From contig JALAGF010001101.1 of NCBI GenBank assembly GCA_030167865.1, positions 1 to 33,060 on the forward strand: a stretch of 33,060 nucleotides of DNA. The letters run 5' to 3'. The notes beneath the pieces are model-generated. The model saw nothing but the letters and a program-made list of their open reading frames with translations. It searched no databases and was not told the DNA's origin. The position numbers and the translations under genes were made by a program. This document shows, in pieces, positions 11,080 to 21,870 of the stretch. How positions within the stretch are numbered: position 1 is the first letter of the stretch; the number at the start of each line of letters is the position of its first letter. The stretch comes from Craspedostauros australis. Its lineage: Eukaryota.

Positions 11080-14000
11080 ATGGTTGTCGAGGCAGTTGCA
11101 AATGAGCGCGGCCTCGCTGGCGCTGGCGAAGACCATGAGCAGCCATCTGCTCCAATGCAATGGCCGCCAAGAAGTCCCTCGAGGTCTGTGGCAGCATTCT
11201 TGTGCTTGCAGTCGAAGCCGCAGTCGAAGGAGCAGTCGAAGGACCAGTCGAAGGACCAGTTGCAAGTGCAAGTGCAGGAGCGAGCGGAAACTTCGACCAT
11301 GACCCAAAGAACCACAGCAGATGCGATGACGGCCAAGCCAAATCGAGGCGATGGCACCCAGGAACCACCTTCGCTGCACCCAGAACGACCCAACAACTCA
11401 GATCGACGCGTGGCTGCGTCGCTGATCTCCAACTCGCTCTCCCTTCCCAGCTTCGATTGTCTGGAGGTGATGGAATCATCCGTCCCCAGCTTCGCGCTGA
11501 TGGCGTCGCCCACCGCCACGATGCCGTCCTCAAGGTCGCCCTTCCTGGTTCAGGACCCCCACTCGCCGGAATCCATGACTTCAATCATGATCTCACCGAT
11601 GGATTCGCTCTTCCAATCTCCCGCGATCGATCCCTTCTCGTGTGACCAGGATCGCATGGACCACCCAGCTGCAGATGTCGGCACCAAGGCCTCTCTTCCA
11701 GCGATATCAGATGCACCGACCACCGGGATGACATGCGCACTCTCACCCACACCCTCACCCACAGCCGCAGCAGCTACGGCCAACACACCATCGAGCTTGT
11801 CCGCAGTCTCGGCCATGGCCGCGCTCGACGCAGAGACGCTCGGGTCACCGTCGCAGCCGCACCCAGCTTGTGACGTGCTGCCTCAAAGCCCCACTCTCCT
11901 CCTCGCCCAATCACCGACCTTCTCCGGTCACGACGGCCAGACAACAGGCTCCATCTCCGAAAGCAATGCGGACGCCGCCGGCACCTTCATCATCTTCGAC
12001 GACCACCTCATGAACACCAGCTTCGACGCCTGCGATAGTCCATGCGGCGACAACCTTCCCTCATCTCGACGCAGTCCCAACGCTGACTACAGATCTCGCG
12101 CCCCAATCGAGACCAACGAGGAAATCGCAGAGTTCGTCACCATCGCTCCGTCTTGCAACCTTGCACCGGACAACCACGGCCAATCGTCGCAAACCTGCAC
12201 CTCTGAGAAGACTCAGGCGCCAGCTTTCGCAACTGCTTCAGCGACGGTGACAGCCGCGGCCGATCAAGATGAAAGTCGAGACGGGGCTCGCATGGTCAGT
12301 CCCAACGACTGCCTGCCGGCTGACCAGACAGACGCCTTCTGTCCTGCCGCAGACACCATCAACTGCGGAGTGCTGGATCGGAGCTTGACCACCATCCAGG
12401 ATGCCGCCCAGGACAAGAGCGAAGCACAGAGGGATGAATCGGCATCATCAGACCGACCCGCCGTACCCTCACCGGCCAAGTTCATGTTCTCCTTTTTCCC
12501 CGTCGAGAGCATGGACGACGGTCATGATGGCGTGATCCCGATTGATCTCACAAGCAACGCATCTGACACGGAGCTCCTCCACCCGGACAACTTCCTGCCG
12601 CTCTGCACGGATTCATCATTCCCACCAACCAACGGTGCTGCGGACGGTCGCATGTCGCTTGGAGATCCCTCCGCTGCTAGGCATGCCGGGTCCTTGCAGC
12701 CGTCCAATGAGGGTCTTCCTTGTTCGACGATGCCAGCGTCCGCACATGGGAGAGCGCCCTGTGACTTCGCAGGCCGCCTTGATCGTGGCATGATGAGCGC
12801 TGCCTTCCAGAGCTCATCTACATCGCTCCATCGTACCACTGCCAACACGGCTTGCGGTCCCACCTTGGGAACGAAAGGTATCACGGGAGCCGACCACCGG
12901 GCTCCCCATGGCCTTGGCCACGAGTTCGATCAGTGGAGCGAATCTGCTTGCGCTGCTGCTGCCATCGCAGCTGCCACCGACGTGCTGCAATCCTCCAACA
13001 ATCACTTCGTGAACGGTCCCGTCCTCGCCACGGAACCTTCGCCAAGCACCGCAGCCGAAATGTACGAACGGTATCGCAGCGACTACTACGGCGTTGCCGA
13101 ATGGAAGACGCAGAATGGCCATGGACGGACTGGCCACCATGGCCAGCGCCAGCGGTTCCACCCATTGTACCAGCTCATGCCAAATCTCTCCGGTGGGATG
13201 ACAACAGCTCCACCAACCCACATGGGTGCAGCTGGCCCGCAGCGAGTCCTTCCACCCACTACGTTTGGACGGCTGGGTGCCGCCCCGCAGAATACGCGTT
13301 ATGGTGACAGCAACAGCTATTCTCGCTTCCACAATTGCGATCATGGTGCGCAGTACAACCTGCCGTATGATCAGATGGACCAATACCAGCACCAGCTGCT
13401 CCAACAGTCCTTCCCGCATCCCCCAAGACATCCGAAGAATCCGAGCATGCCTCTGATGCACCCTTCTTCAGGCACGCGGCTATTGCCAACGCAACGGGGA
13501 GCGATCCACGCTGAGCCAGCCGTTGGTGCGAAGGCCTTGCACCGCAAGGATCCCGTGCTCAACACGCACATTGCGAACCCCCATCTCAACGGCATGATCG
13601 GTGGTTGTCGCAACAGCGAAGGCAAGAGAGAGGACCTCGCGGTCTGCGTCCAACCGCTGCTGAAGACCGGAGACAGTCATCGTGGCTCCTGTAATGCAAT
13701 GACAGGCAAAGCACCGCCAGGCCCACCCGGCCATCCACCCTTGCTCAACAGGAGCGAAAGTAACCGGAGCGCTTCGCATGCGACAGGTGCCATCGGCTTG
13801 ATGCGCCCTAATCATGCGATGAAGCGCAAGTCGGAAACCGACGTTGCCGACTTAGCCGATATGATGGTGCAGTACGCATCGCGTGCGACATCGTCGTCAT
13901 CTCTGCCGTCGTCCGTTCAGGGCAGATTGCGCGGTGCTCCATCCTTCAAGCGGTGCAGGTCGGATGATCGTGTCTTGAGTCAGCGCCGAGTGGAAACAAC

Positions 14001-15888
14001 GGCTCCGCTTCAGTCCTTGGCAATGGTCATGGCCATGGCAGGTCCTGGTGCGGAGGTCGATCGTCGAGCTGTTGCTGCCCCTCCGCGGCAACTTCCTCTG
14101 TTACCTCCTCCTGCTCTTCTGCACACTGCTGCTTCTTCGTCTGCAGCTGCGGACACAGCTGCGGACACAGCTGCGGCTCCGAGCACCGCGGTGCCAGTCG
14201 CTGCAGCAGCAGCTATTCCTGCCAGTCCAGCACGGACGGCAAGACCGCAAAGCCGAACCACAATCCTCGCCACTCCTCCACGCCCACGATGGAGAGACGA
14301 ATCCACGGGTATGGACTCATCGAAGTCAGTGGTCACTCCATCTCCCAAACCAGCACGGCGACCACCCGCATCACCTGGACTGCCGTATGTGAATGGAAAT
14401 GGTGACGGTCATGCCGATGGCAAGGCCGCTGCAGGGTACAAGTCGCCCGCGCTGCGCGTGATCAAGTTTGACCCGCCGGCCAAGAAAGACGACGCCGCGC
14501 CCATTGGTCGCAGCAATCGGGCGGTGGCCAGCGAACGTCCTGCGAGCATCGGAGTCCCACGCCGTCTCTTCTGCGATGAGCTGGCCAAGCCGCCCAAGCC
14601 TCAGGCCAAGCCGACGAAGTCTGGTCGAACGAAAGCCGTATCCAAGAAGAAACCCGCCAAGCAGGTACGCAAGCGCCAGGCCTCGAAGAAATCAAGAGGA
14701 GGCACGAAGCGAGGCAACCGCATCGCCGGTGGGAGTGGTGGCTCTGAATCCGCCCCGCAAACCGTAGATCCCTGCTACCTGCAGAAGCTCGAGCGTCTGT
14801 CCGCGGACATGTTGCAGTTCAAGGCGACTTTCCTTGAGACCTCGGCCAGAAAGAAGGCAGAAGAGGAATGGTCCGTTGGCTTCGAGTGTCTCGTTGCCTT
14901 TGCGAAGAAGAACGGACATGCGCGCGTGTCCTGCCCAGCCTCTTCGTCACGGCCAAAGAACCAGAAATTCTTGACGTGGGTGAAACGACAGCGGTACCTC
15001 TTCAAGAACTTTGCGTCTGACATGCCTCCACAGCACATCGCAGCGCTGGATTCCATCGGCTTCACATGGTCGGTGCCCAGCAGATCTTGGGAGGCGAAAT
15101 ACAAGCAGCTGGTCGCCCATTACGAAGTGCACGGTCAAGGGGCCCACGTCGAACGAGGCGACACTGCCGAGCTGTCGAAATGGGCCAAGGACCAGCGACG
15201 GAGGTACCGGTGCTTCATGAAGGGCGAGAAGTCCGGCATGACGATGCACCGGATAGAACGCCTCAACGCCATCGGTTTCCCCTGGGCGACCACGACGACG
15301 GCAGCGCAATGGGATGACAATCAAATTCCCAAGTCCCGTCCACCTTCTGCGATCTCCATGGCGCCATCAGCCAAGGCGTCGGCCACCTCCTCGGCGACCA
15401 GTGCGAATGTCGGCATCGTCAGCGGCCTTGTCCCGAGCGCGAGAGCGCGGAGGGCTGGCGTAGGATGCGGTATCCAGCAGCGCAAGGCGGCCCCCAAGAT
15501 TGCGGCATCGGCCTGCGCAGCACTGGATCAACGTGTCCGCAGCAGCGCCCACCACCACCAAGCCATCGGTGACATGCGGGCGTACGTGCCGCAAGGAGGT
15601 TCTGTCTTTGATCGTCACCCAGGGAGATTCACCGCCTGCCAGACGACGACTCTGCAGCATGGTGGCCAGCTGATTGGTTCGCCCGACTGGACTCTGTCAC
15701 CGGAGCCCGAGTTCCTCTCTCACGCAGGCTGGCCAGCAAGTCTTGACGCGATGCTGCCACGTGAAGGCGCCGCTGGTGCGGCCAACAACCCTCCGCTCGC
15801 CAATGGCACATCCGCCGGTTGGCAGGGGAATCTCGCGAATGCAGCTGCTGCTCATCCGCAGCACGGGAGTGGGGATGCCATGAGATGA
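11080..15888 (+). CDS. Large low-complexity protein (about 1602 aa) with two tandem helicase-associated (HA) domains near the C-terminus; putative nucleic-acid-binding regulator
   Basis: Single long ORF; first in-frame ATG at 11080 after a CAA-rich leader. HA1 at 14869-15069 (WSVGFECLVAFAKKNGHARV...LTWVKRQR...IAALDSIGFTW) and HA2 at 15088-15285 (WEAKYKQLVAHYEVHG...LSKWAKDQRRRY...RIERLNAIGFPW) fit the HA consensus W...L..F...GH..V....L..WV..QR....L..IGF.W. A K/R-rich NLS-like tract lies at about 14587-14721. Confidence 0.88.
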   Translation: MVVEAVANERGLAGAGEDHEQPSAPMQWPPRSPSRSVAAFLCLQSKPQSKEQSKDQSKDQLQVQVQERAETSTMTQRTTADAMTAKPNRGDGTQEPPSLHPERPNNSDRRVAASLISNSLSLPSFDCLEVMESSVPSFALMASPTATMPSSRSPFLVQDPHSPESMTSIMISPMDSLFQSPAIDPFSCDQDRMDHPAADVGTKASLPAISDAPTTGMTCALSPTPSPTAAAATANTPSSLSAVSAMAALDAETLGSPSQPHPACDVLPQSPTLLLAQSPTFSGHDGQTTGSISESNADAAGTFIIFDDHLMNTSFDACDSPCGDNLPSSRRSPNADYRSRAPIETNEEIAEFVTIAPSCNLAPDNHGQSSQTCTSEKTQAPAFATASATVTAAADQDESRDGARMVSPNDCLPADQTDAFCPAADTINCGVLDRSLTTIQDAAQDKSEAQRDESASSDRPAVPSPAKFMFSFFPVESMDDGHDGVIPIDLTSNASDTELLHPDNFLPLCTDSSFPPTNGAADGRMSLGDPSAARHAGSLQPSNEGLPCSTMPASAHGRAPCDFAGRLDRGMMSAAFQSSSTSLHRTTANTACGPTLGTKGITGADHRAPHGLGHEFDQWSESACAAAAIAAATDVLQSSNNHFVNGPVLATEPSPSTAAEMYERYRSDYYGVAEWKTQNGHGRTGHHGQRQRFHPLYQLMPNLSGGMTTAPPTHMGAAGPQRVLPPTTFGRLGAAPQNTRYGDSNSYSRFHNCDHGAQYNLPYDQMDQYQHQLLQQSFPHPPRHPKNPSMPLMHPSSGTRLLPTQRGAIHAEPAVGAKALHRKDPVLNTHIANPHLNGMIGGCRNSEGKREDLAVCVQPLLKTGDSHRGSCNAMTGKAPPGPPGHPPLLNRSESNRSASHATGAIGLMRPNHAMKRKSETDVADLADMMVQYASRATSSSSLPSSVQGRLRGAPSFKRCRSDDRVLSQRRVETTAPLQSLAMVMAMAGPGAEVDRRAVAAPPRQLPLLPPPALLHTAASSSAAADTAADTAAAPSTAVPVAAAAAIPASPARTARPQSRTTILATPPRPRWRDESTGMDSSKSVVTPSPKPARRPPASPGLPYVNGNGDGHADGKAAAGYKSPALRVIKFDPPAKKDDAAPIGRSNRAVASERPASIGVPRRLFCDELAKPPKPQAKPTKSGRTKAVSKKKPAKQVRKRQASKKSRGGTKRGNRIAGGSGGSESAPQTVDPCYLQKLERLSADMLQFKATFLETSARKKAEEEWSVGFECLVAFAKKNGHARVSCPASSSRPKNQKFLTWVKRQRYLFKNFASDMPPQHIAALDSIGFTWSVPSRSWEAKYKQLVAHYEVHGQGAHVERGDTAELSKWAKDQRRRYRCFMKGEKSGMTMHRIERLNAIGFPWATTTTAAQWDDNQIPKSRPPSAISMAPSAKASATSSATSANVGIVSGLVPSARARRAGVGCGIQQRKAAPKIAASACAALDQRVRSSAHHHQAIGDMRAYVPQGGSVFDRHPGRFTACQTTTLQHGGQLIGSPDWTLSPEPEFLSHAGWPASLDAMLPREGAAGAANNPPLANGTSAGWQGNLANAAAAHPQHGSGDAMR
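11209..11260 (+). repeat. Coding 12-bp tandem repeat CAGTCGAAGNNN x4 (QSKP QSKE QSKD QSKD)
   Basis: cagtcgaagccg cagtcgaaggag cagtcgaaggac cagtcgaaggac cagt. Confidence 0.9.
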
Positions 15889-18800
15889 TGTTTGTGGCAT
15901 CCCCAGGAGAGATTCATCTTTGTACGCTTTGCATAGTGCATGGCGCGTTGTACGCTGCACGTTGCGCGCTCCTCCTGTCGTGTTCTTGCGCGGGGTCGAG
16001 ACCGGCTTCGTCGCGGCGTGACACGGCGGCTTGCTCGTTTCGCACTCGATCCCCGGTTGCTGGCGCTCCGCGTCTCCCCTGATGGCTTCGCCCTTTGGGC
16101 AGCCCAATCGAGGAGGGATGTGCAGAAAGCGGCTTTTTGTGTTCCGCCCAACCGCGTACTCCAACGTTTGTTTTGGCCTGTCCGTTTCAGCCACAGATGG
16201 CGTACTGTAGCATCTGACGGGATGGATCAGGCTCGCTTTCGGTGATGCGTTCGGCACCGCGACGCCACCAACACACACGCCTCGAACCTCGGCTGGTGCT
16301 TGGGATTTATGGGACTCACATATGGCATCCGCGCCAGCGACTGGGACCGGTGGAGTTGCGTGGAGAAGCGCAGCCGACGAGGAAACCAAGCGCAGCGCCC
16401 GCATGGCCTAGCCTCTCCTTGAAGCGAGATGGTGCCGAAGGGAAGAGCCACGTCACTGGCGTGTTCGCGGTGCCATTGTGGCAGGTCAGGCTGCGGGGTG
16501 CCTCGCAGTGCATCATGGGGTGATGCAACACTGCGTGATGTAATAGCATGGCGTAATTACATCCTACCCGTGTGTGATACAATAGCATCGTATCGCGTCA
16601 TAGTATAGAATACATGCCAATGGGACAGTCGAGCGAGTGATGTGCTGTATTGCATTGTTGTGTTGAATACTGCTGCCCAACGAGGTTGCGTCTGTGTCTC
16701 TGCGCATGAGTTTCGATGAGTGTCGATGGGGGTAGATGTGCCTGTGCATGTGCATGTGCCTGTACCGCATTGCGCTGAGTTGAGTTGCGAAGGGTTGCAT
16801 TGCGCTGTCTTTCGCAGATCGTTGCGGCCCCCATGGTCAGAATCGGTAGTGCAATATGTGCAGGTCATGGGGTATGTAGGAAAGAGCCTTGTGGGTGGGG
16901 ATGAGAATGAAAGGATGGAGAGCGGCAGCATCGCGAGCGCCTTGACTTCTGGCAGCTTCCGTGACTAAAACAGCAGCTGCAGAGCGTGGGTGCTTGCCCC
17001 GCCTGCACTCCATTGTGCCTTTATGCCACTGTGTCGTTGTGCCATTGCGCCTCTGCATCTGTGGGTTCCGCGTATGGATGCTGTCTTGCGAGTTCCTTTC
17101 AAGCAGAGAGGGAGAAACGTTGATTGGAAGTGCGGGGGTATGTGTCACGCGTACTAATACGAGTAGTAGTACATGCTGGTGTGGTGTCGTACAGCATGAT
17201 GATTGAATTGTGCGGGGTGCGGGGTGGATTTGTACGTGTATATTCGCGCAGTACACAAGGCAAGCTACGAACAAGAAGCAGCAACCCCTGCCAACGCGCG
17301 GACTTGTCTCTGTTGGAGATGTCGAGGAGGTGCTGAGCGTGCAGTGTTGATGAAGAAGCGCACCATCGTCATGGCAAATGGCCGGCTCTGTTCGGAGGCT
17401 TTGGAAAACACGATAAATCGACACGATTCACGCCACCAGCAACGTCGCCTTTGATGTTGGTGAGCAAGCCAGTTGCCACTTTTGCGGATTTACTGCTTGG
17501 CTTGTCATGCGAGCGTCAGCCTGGCCAGTATCATTCTTGTGAGGGATAGAAAGTGGGAAGCTGCGGCGAAGAGTGGGGTATTAGTTGTAATTTGATTTTT
17601 ATTATTTACCTTCACTCTCTGCGAATACACACGTTTTATTCAGGAAATAATGTCGAATGAAAACAACTTCCGGAGACTTTATAGTTTAAGTATGAATTAT
17701 CTCAGCTTTTGCATGCCACGCTTGATTCTTGTACGGCCTTGCGCGCAAGGGCACAGGAATTTCGTTGTTGGTTCGCGTCATCGGCGTTCCTCGCGACGGA
17801 ACCACCACAATGCTCCCTTTTCGTCCCATACCTGCACGCAAGAACTGCTCCAGAGTATGAGTGAAGCGGAACAGAGCGCGACAAAGTGGCGGTATTTTGC
17901 GGACACGAGCCAGAGAACAGGAGCGCACCGGAGCCCAACAGATGAATTGTGCACATGTGACTTCAGCCACCGTTATTATTGTACTTGTGGGGTAGGTCGT
18001 GCTGGTGCTTCTCGCACTCTGCTGCGAAGCAAGTCATCCAGGGACGATTCCGCCATTCAAAGATCGTATCACAACGTACCACGCACGCCCTACTCGCAAT
18101 CGTGTTCGTCCTCGCATTTGACACTGCTCTGCCGACGTTTACGCTTTAATCGTCCATTGTTTCCTCGTAGTCGATTTGGTTTGGCATGGCAGGCGCTATG
18201 GGATGGATGCCAACACTCCCAGGGAGCGTCATGCTTGCTTGTCCTTGTGCTCATGCTTACTTACAGTTCCTACATACGGCTCTGCTCTGCCCGCTCTGCT
18301 CCACTCGACTCGGCTCTACCATGATCGTATGGTGCTACTTGCGCTCGCTCTCAACGACATCAGAGCGCCGAAGTTATGATCCCATGGCAAGGGAGAACAA
18401 AGCCCAACTTGGGATCGAGAGCGAAGAGTTGGTAAAGCTATCGGTACCATCAGAAGGTGGGTAAAGATACGAGTAAAATATTGGCAGGAAAGCCAAACGC
18501 AAAGTTGGGACCACATCTGACCGAGGCAGAGTCAGAAATAACCAAGACAAAGTGTTATATTATTTTATAATATGAGTGGGGCAGTGGGCACCGCTCTTCT
18601 CTCGACTGTGGTCCCGAAGTGCGGGTGCCCTAGGCTGACGGTGAACAATGGCAATGACAGCAGGAGTGACGACCATGATAATGATCTTGATGAACCTAGA
18701 TCTTCAAAGGGTGACAAGCAGAAGCAGGAACAGAAGTAGACAGGGCCAAACGAGCAAGTGGTACCTTGTGCACTATGGTATTATACGATCTATGAGTGCA

Positions 18801-20313
18801 GCCAATACCCAGAGAGAGAGAGAGAGGCGCTCGTGCAGCAATCTTGAACGCGGATGTGGACGTGTGCAGGTTTGCAGACTCAGCCATGAAGGCAGAGTTG
18901 GCAGATGCGCAGATGTGGCAGGAATAGCAGAGAATGTCATGGATACCGCCCATCACAAGCAGCACTTCTGCCAACAGAGACGGCTGATTTCAAAAACTAA
19001 TGTCGAGGAGTGGCGGGAGTCTGTGGGAGACTATGACGCACCATGTGCGTACGCACTGACGTGCTGACGCACGAGTACAGGATAGTAGAATACTATCTAA
19101 AGCAGAGAGGATTGCAAAGCACATCACTCCTGACCCGATCACAGGCAGCGCGATCTGCGTTCAATAGGAGCACTGGGACGAGTATGCAACGGTGCGGTGG
19201 CGCAGTCAAAGCATGGGTGGACGGGAGTACACGTGGAGGTTGGGTGAACTCGCTTCGACGCAAGGCTGATGAGCACCTGAAGCACAAACGTTTGTGAAAG
19301 GTACGGCGGGGCAGCAAGTACAGCACGCCGCCGTCATCGTTGATGGGGTTTGGTGCTGTCGCAATTGACATTGGTACATGTTCACGAGAAGGATGGTGGT
19401 GTCGGTGAGAGCAAGTCCCCAAGCTCAACTCCAAGCTGAGCTTCAAGGTGGGCACTTGTGTGTAAGAGTATCGTGGGATGCTTGACAAGCAAGCTGCTCC
19501 ATGCTGATCTGCTACGATACTCACGGCCTATTTTTTCCTGCGCATTGTTCACGAGGTTTGCGTTCGTACTTTGAAACGAGATGGACGCCAAGCATGAGAT
19601 CAAAGCTGGCCCGTCCGCAGTTCTTGTATTCTTCAATCTCTTCCTGGCAAATTGCGCAATGCAGTGCAGTGCAGCGTTTTCAGCACAATGCAATGTGACC
19701 ATACACGATGCAAGCGAGTGCGGTTGGGTGGATGGATCGATGTAGCTTGTATAATATGAATTAAAGTTGTGATGAAAGTAGGTGGATGCCGTCCGTGTGT
19801 ACGTTTGCAGCTGGTATGTTGCTCGTCGGATGTCACATGGTATTGCGCAAGCGACCTCCAATTGCATTGCTATGCTATTGTTCCACAGCGATTGAATGCG
19901 GGGTACTTGTTGATTGGGATGCCTGTCGTACAGACAGACATTTCTTCTGTATCATGCCGAGCTCGAATGGTGTCGAAGGGAGCGCCGCGGTGCGGGACAG
20001 ATGGCTCCCTTTTGGCGATGCAGTCTTGTACCCTACTCTACTATAGTTACCAGTTCGAGCATGTTGATGATGAGCACGACTCTCCCTGTTGCTTGAAATG
20101 CCGTCAGATTCTTGTTGCCTTGTTCAGGTGCGCCGTTGCCTTCGTCATCTTCCCTGTCATGGCCGTCATGGGGCAGTCACAGTGGCACTGACGAATCCGT
20201 GTGGTGGGAATAACGTGCCTAGAATGCTATGCTATCTGATTGCTCTTGCGATCTACGCGCACCACTATAGCCACGGACATCATTGTCGTCGTCGCCGCGA
20301 CAATGAATGGCAT

Positions 20314-21062
20314 CTACTTGTAGCCAAGCACTTCAATTTCAAAGATCAGCTCCGAGTTGGGCTGGATTCCCCAAGCCGGGAAGCCACCGGCCCCGTATGC
20401 GTAGTCGGGGGTGCAGTGGATCTTGGCGATTTCTCCCAGCGACACTGTCGATCCGGTGGAGGTCGTTCGAATTGGCAACGATCGTGTGAAGATGGGTGGA
20501 TGACCATGGGAAGCAAGACATGGCAAGAGGAGAGCGTTAGTCCCAGTGACGAAGCCGACGACGGTTGTGAACGCAACGCGAAACGCGAGACGTAGAAACC
20601 GTACTGCGAAAAGCGGAATGTGGAAGGCACAATGTGGGAAGTTCGTGTGGTCGTGCTGATATGCCCGCTCCATTGGCACACCGTGACACAGGATGACACA
20701 GCATGGCACGCAATGTGTTGGAACTCAATGCATGGTACTGGCGAGTACTATACGCTGCCAGAGCATGGTACCAATGTCGTAGTCATGCGATGCGATACCC
20801 CGCAAAGCAGCGAACCTATCGCAGCATGAGACAACAAGTTGCCGCGTAACGTACTGGCGATGACGGACTCGTCCCATCCCTTGATGACCTCGCCCATGCC
20901 CACGCGGAAGGTGAACGGCTGCTGGCCTGCATCCTTGGTGGACCAGAACTTGGAGTTGAGATCCCGATTCTTGCCAAAGCCCGTGCAGTGGACCGTGACG
21001 GATTGGCCGCGCGTTGGCATCGCGCCATTGCCTGCGCGGATCAAGGTCTTTGTGAATCCCAT
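20314..21062 (-). CDS. FKBP12: FKBP-type peptidyl-prolyl cis-trans isomerase FKBP12 (plant-type); exons 21062-20855 and 20444-20314, 112 aa
   Basis: Spliced product: [112 protein letters not shown]. It carries the FKBP motifs VIKGWD, PDYAYG and PNS.L.FEIE. The intron splits the conserved Met70 codon (A|TG). Confidence 0.95.
20445..20854 (-). other. Spliceosomal intron of FKBP12 (410 nt)
   Basis: Donor GTACGT at 20854, acceptor GACAG ending at 20445, and a branch-like ACTAAC about 90 nt upstream of the acceptor. Phase 1; removal restores a full FKBP domain. Confidence 0.9.
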
Positions 21063-21870
21063 CGTGCTGCGAGTAGAGAGTGCTTGATGGATTGTTTGAT
21101 TGACTAATTGATTGGTGTGTTGAGTTGGGTTGAGTTGAGCTGCGTGGTGTTCTTTTGAATGCGTTGTTGACATCGTCTTGATGTCGCCGTTGTTGTCGTT
21201 GTGTGGTCGTTGGTCCTTTCGTGTCATTTCCTGCACGCTGCGTCCACCCATTCATTCCGTCTTGTTGCGAGTTGCGTCGTTTCGGTTAGTCGCGTTAGTC
21301 CAATACCGATTTCGTCGAATGGCTCGATATCGGACGTTCATCGTGTTCGATAAAAAGTCTTTGTTTGTTTATCGTCCGTTTACGATGATCAAAATGGATC
21401 GTTTTCATTGTTACTGTTTTCTTCAATCAGTTCGATTTTGTCTTTTTGACGAGTTTGAAGTTGTGCGACAATGTTGCGACACAAAAGGGCCAGTTTTTGG
21501 CAAACGAACACACCAGCATCAAACACACCAAACGCAACAAGCAAAACGAAAAATGGGCGACTGACCATGACGCAACGGCAGCGACGGATGTGCAGAATTG
21601 GGTCGGAGCGAAGAAAAGGAACAGAAGACGGTGGCACTGAAGCAACTGGTGCTATACACCGACAACTATACTCTTGAGCCAAGGGAAGGAGACGACTCGA
21701 TCAAGCCAATTCGTGCGGGTAGACCGTATTATACCATTGTATTGTATTATATTATTTTATATATTAATAGAGTCTTATATCTGAACCACGAACAGAGAGA
21801 CGTGCAAGTTGAAGCACAAAGCACACGCAACGAGCAAAACAAGGCAGCGAAGAATCGAGCACAGAACGAA
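21063..21870. promoter_or_regulatory. Divergent intergenic region (candidate bidirectional promoter) between FKBP12 and PP6
   Basis: The two start codons point away from each other with 808 bp between them. A CAA/TCAA-rich leader lies on the FKBP12 side and an AT-rich patch (21727-21780) on the PP6 side. Promoter activity is inferred only. Confidence 0.55.

Noticed and set aside
16270..16300. GGTTCGA on the minus strand as a tRNA T-loop
   Set aside because: The flanks do not pair into a T-stem and I could not build a cloverleaf.
18930..19115. HEYRIVEYYLKQRG as an ankyrin-repeat remnant
   Set aside because: A single weak match with no TPLH motif and no second repeat.
20060..20195. TGATGA ... 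CTGA as a C/D-box snoRNA
   Set aside because: No terminal stem and no rRNA-complementary guide that I could recognise. These short boxes occur often by chance; an Rfam or snoscan run would settle it.
20590..20615. Internal TTTTCGCAGTACGG in the FKBP12 intron (minus strand) as a recursive splice site
   Set aside because: The AG and GT share one G instead of forming AG|GT, and the single 410-nt intron already gives the correct protein.
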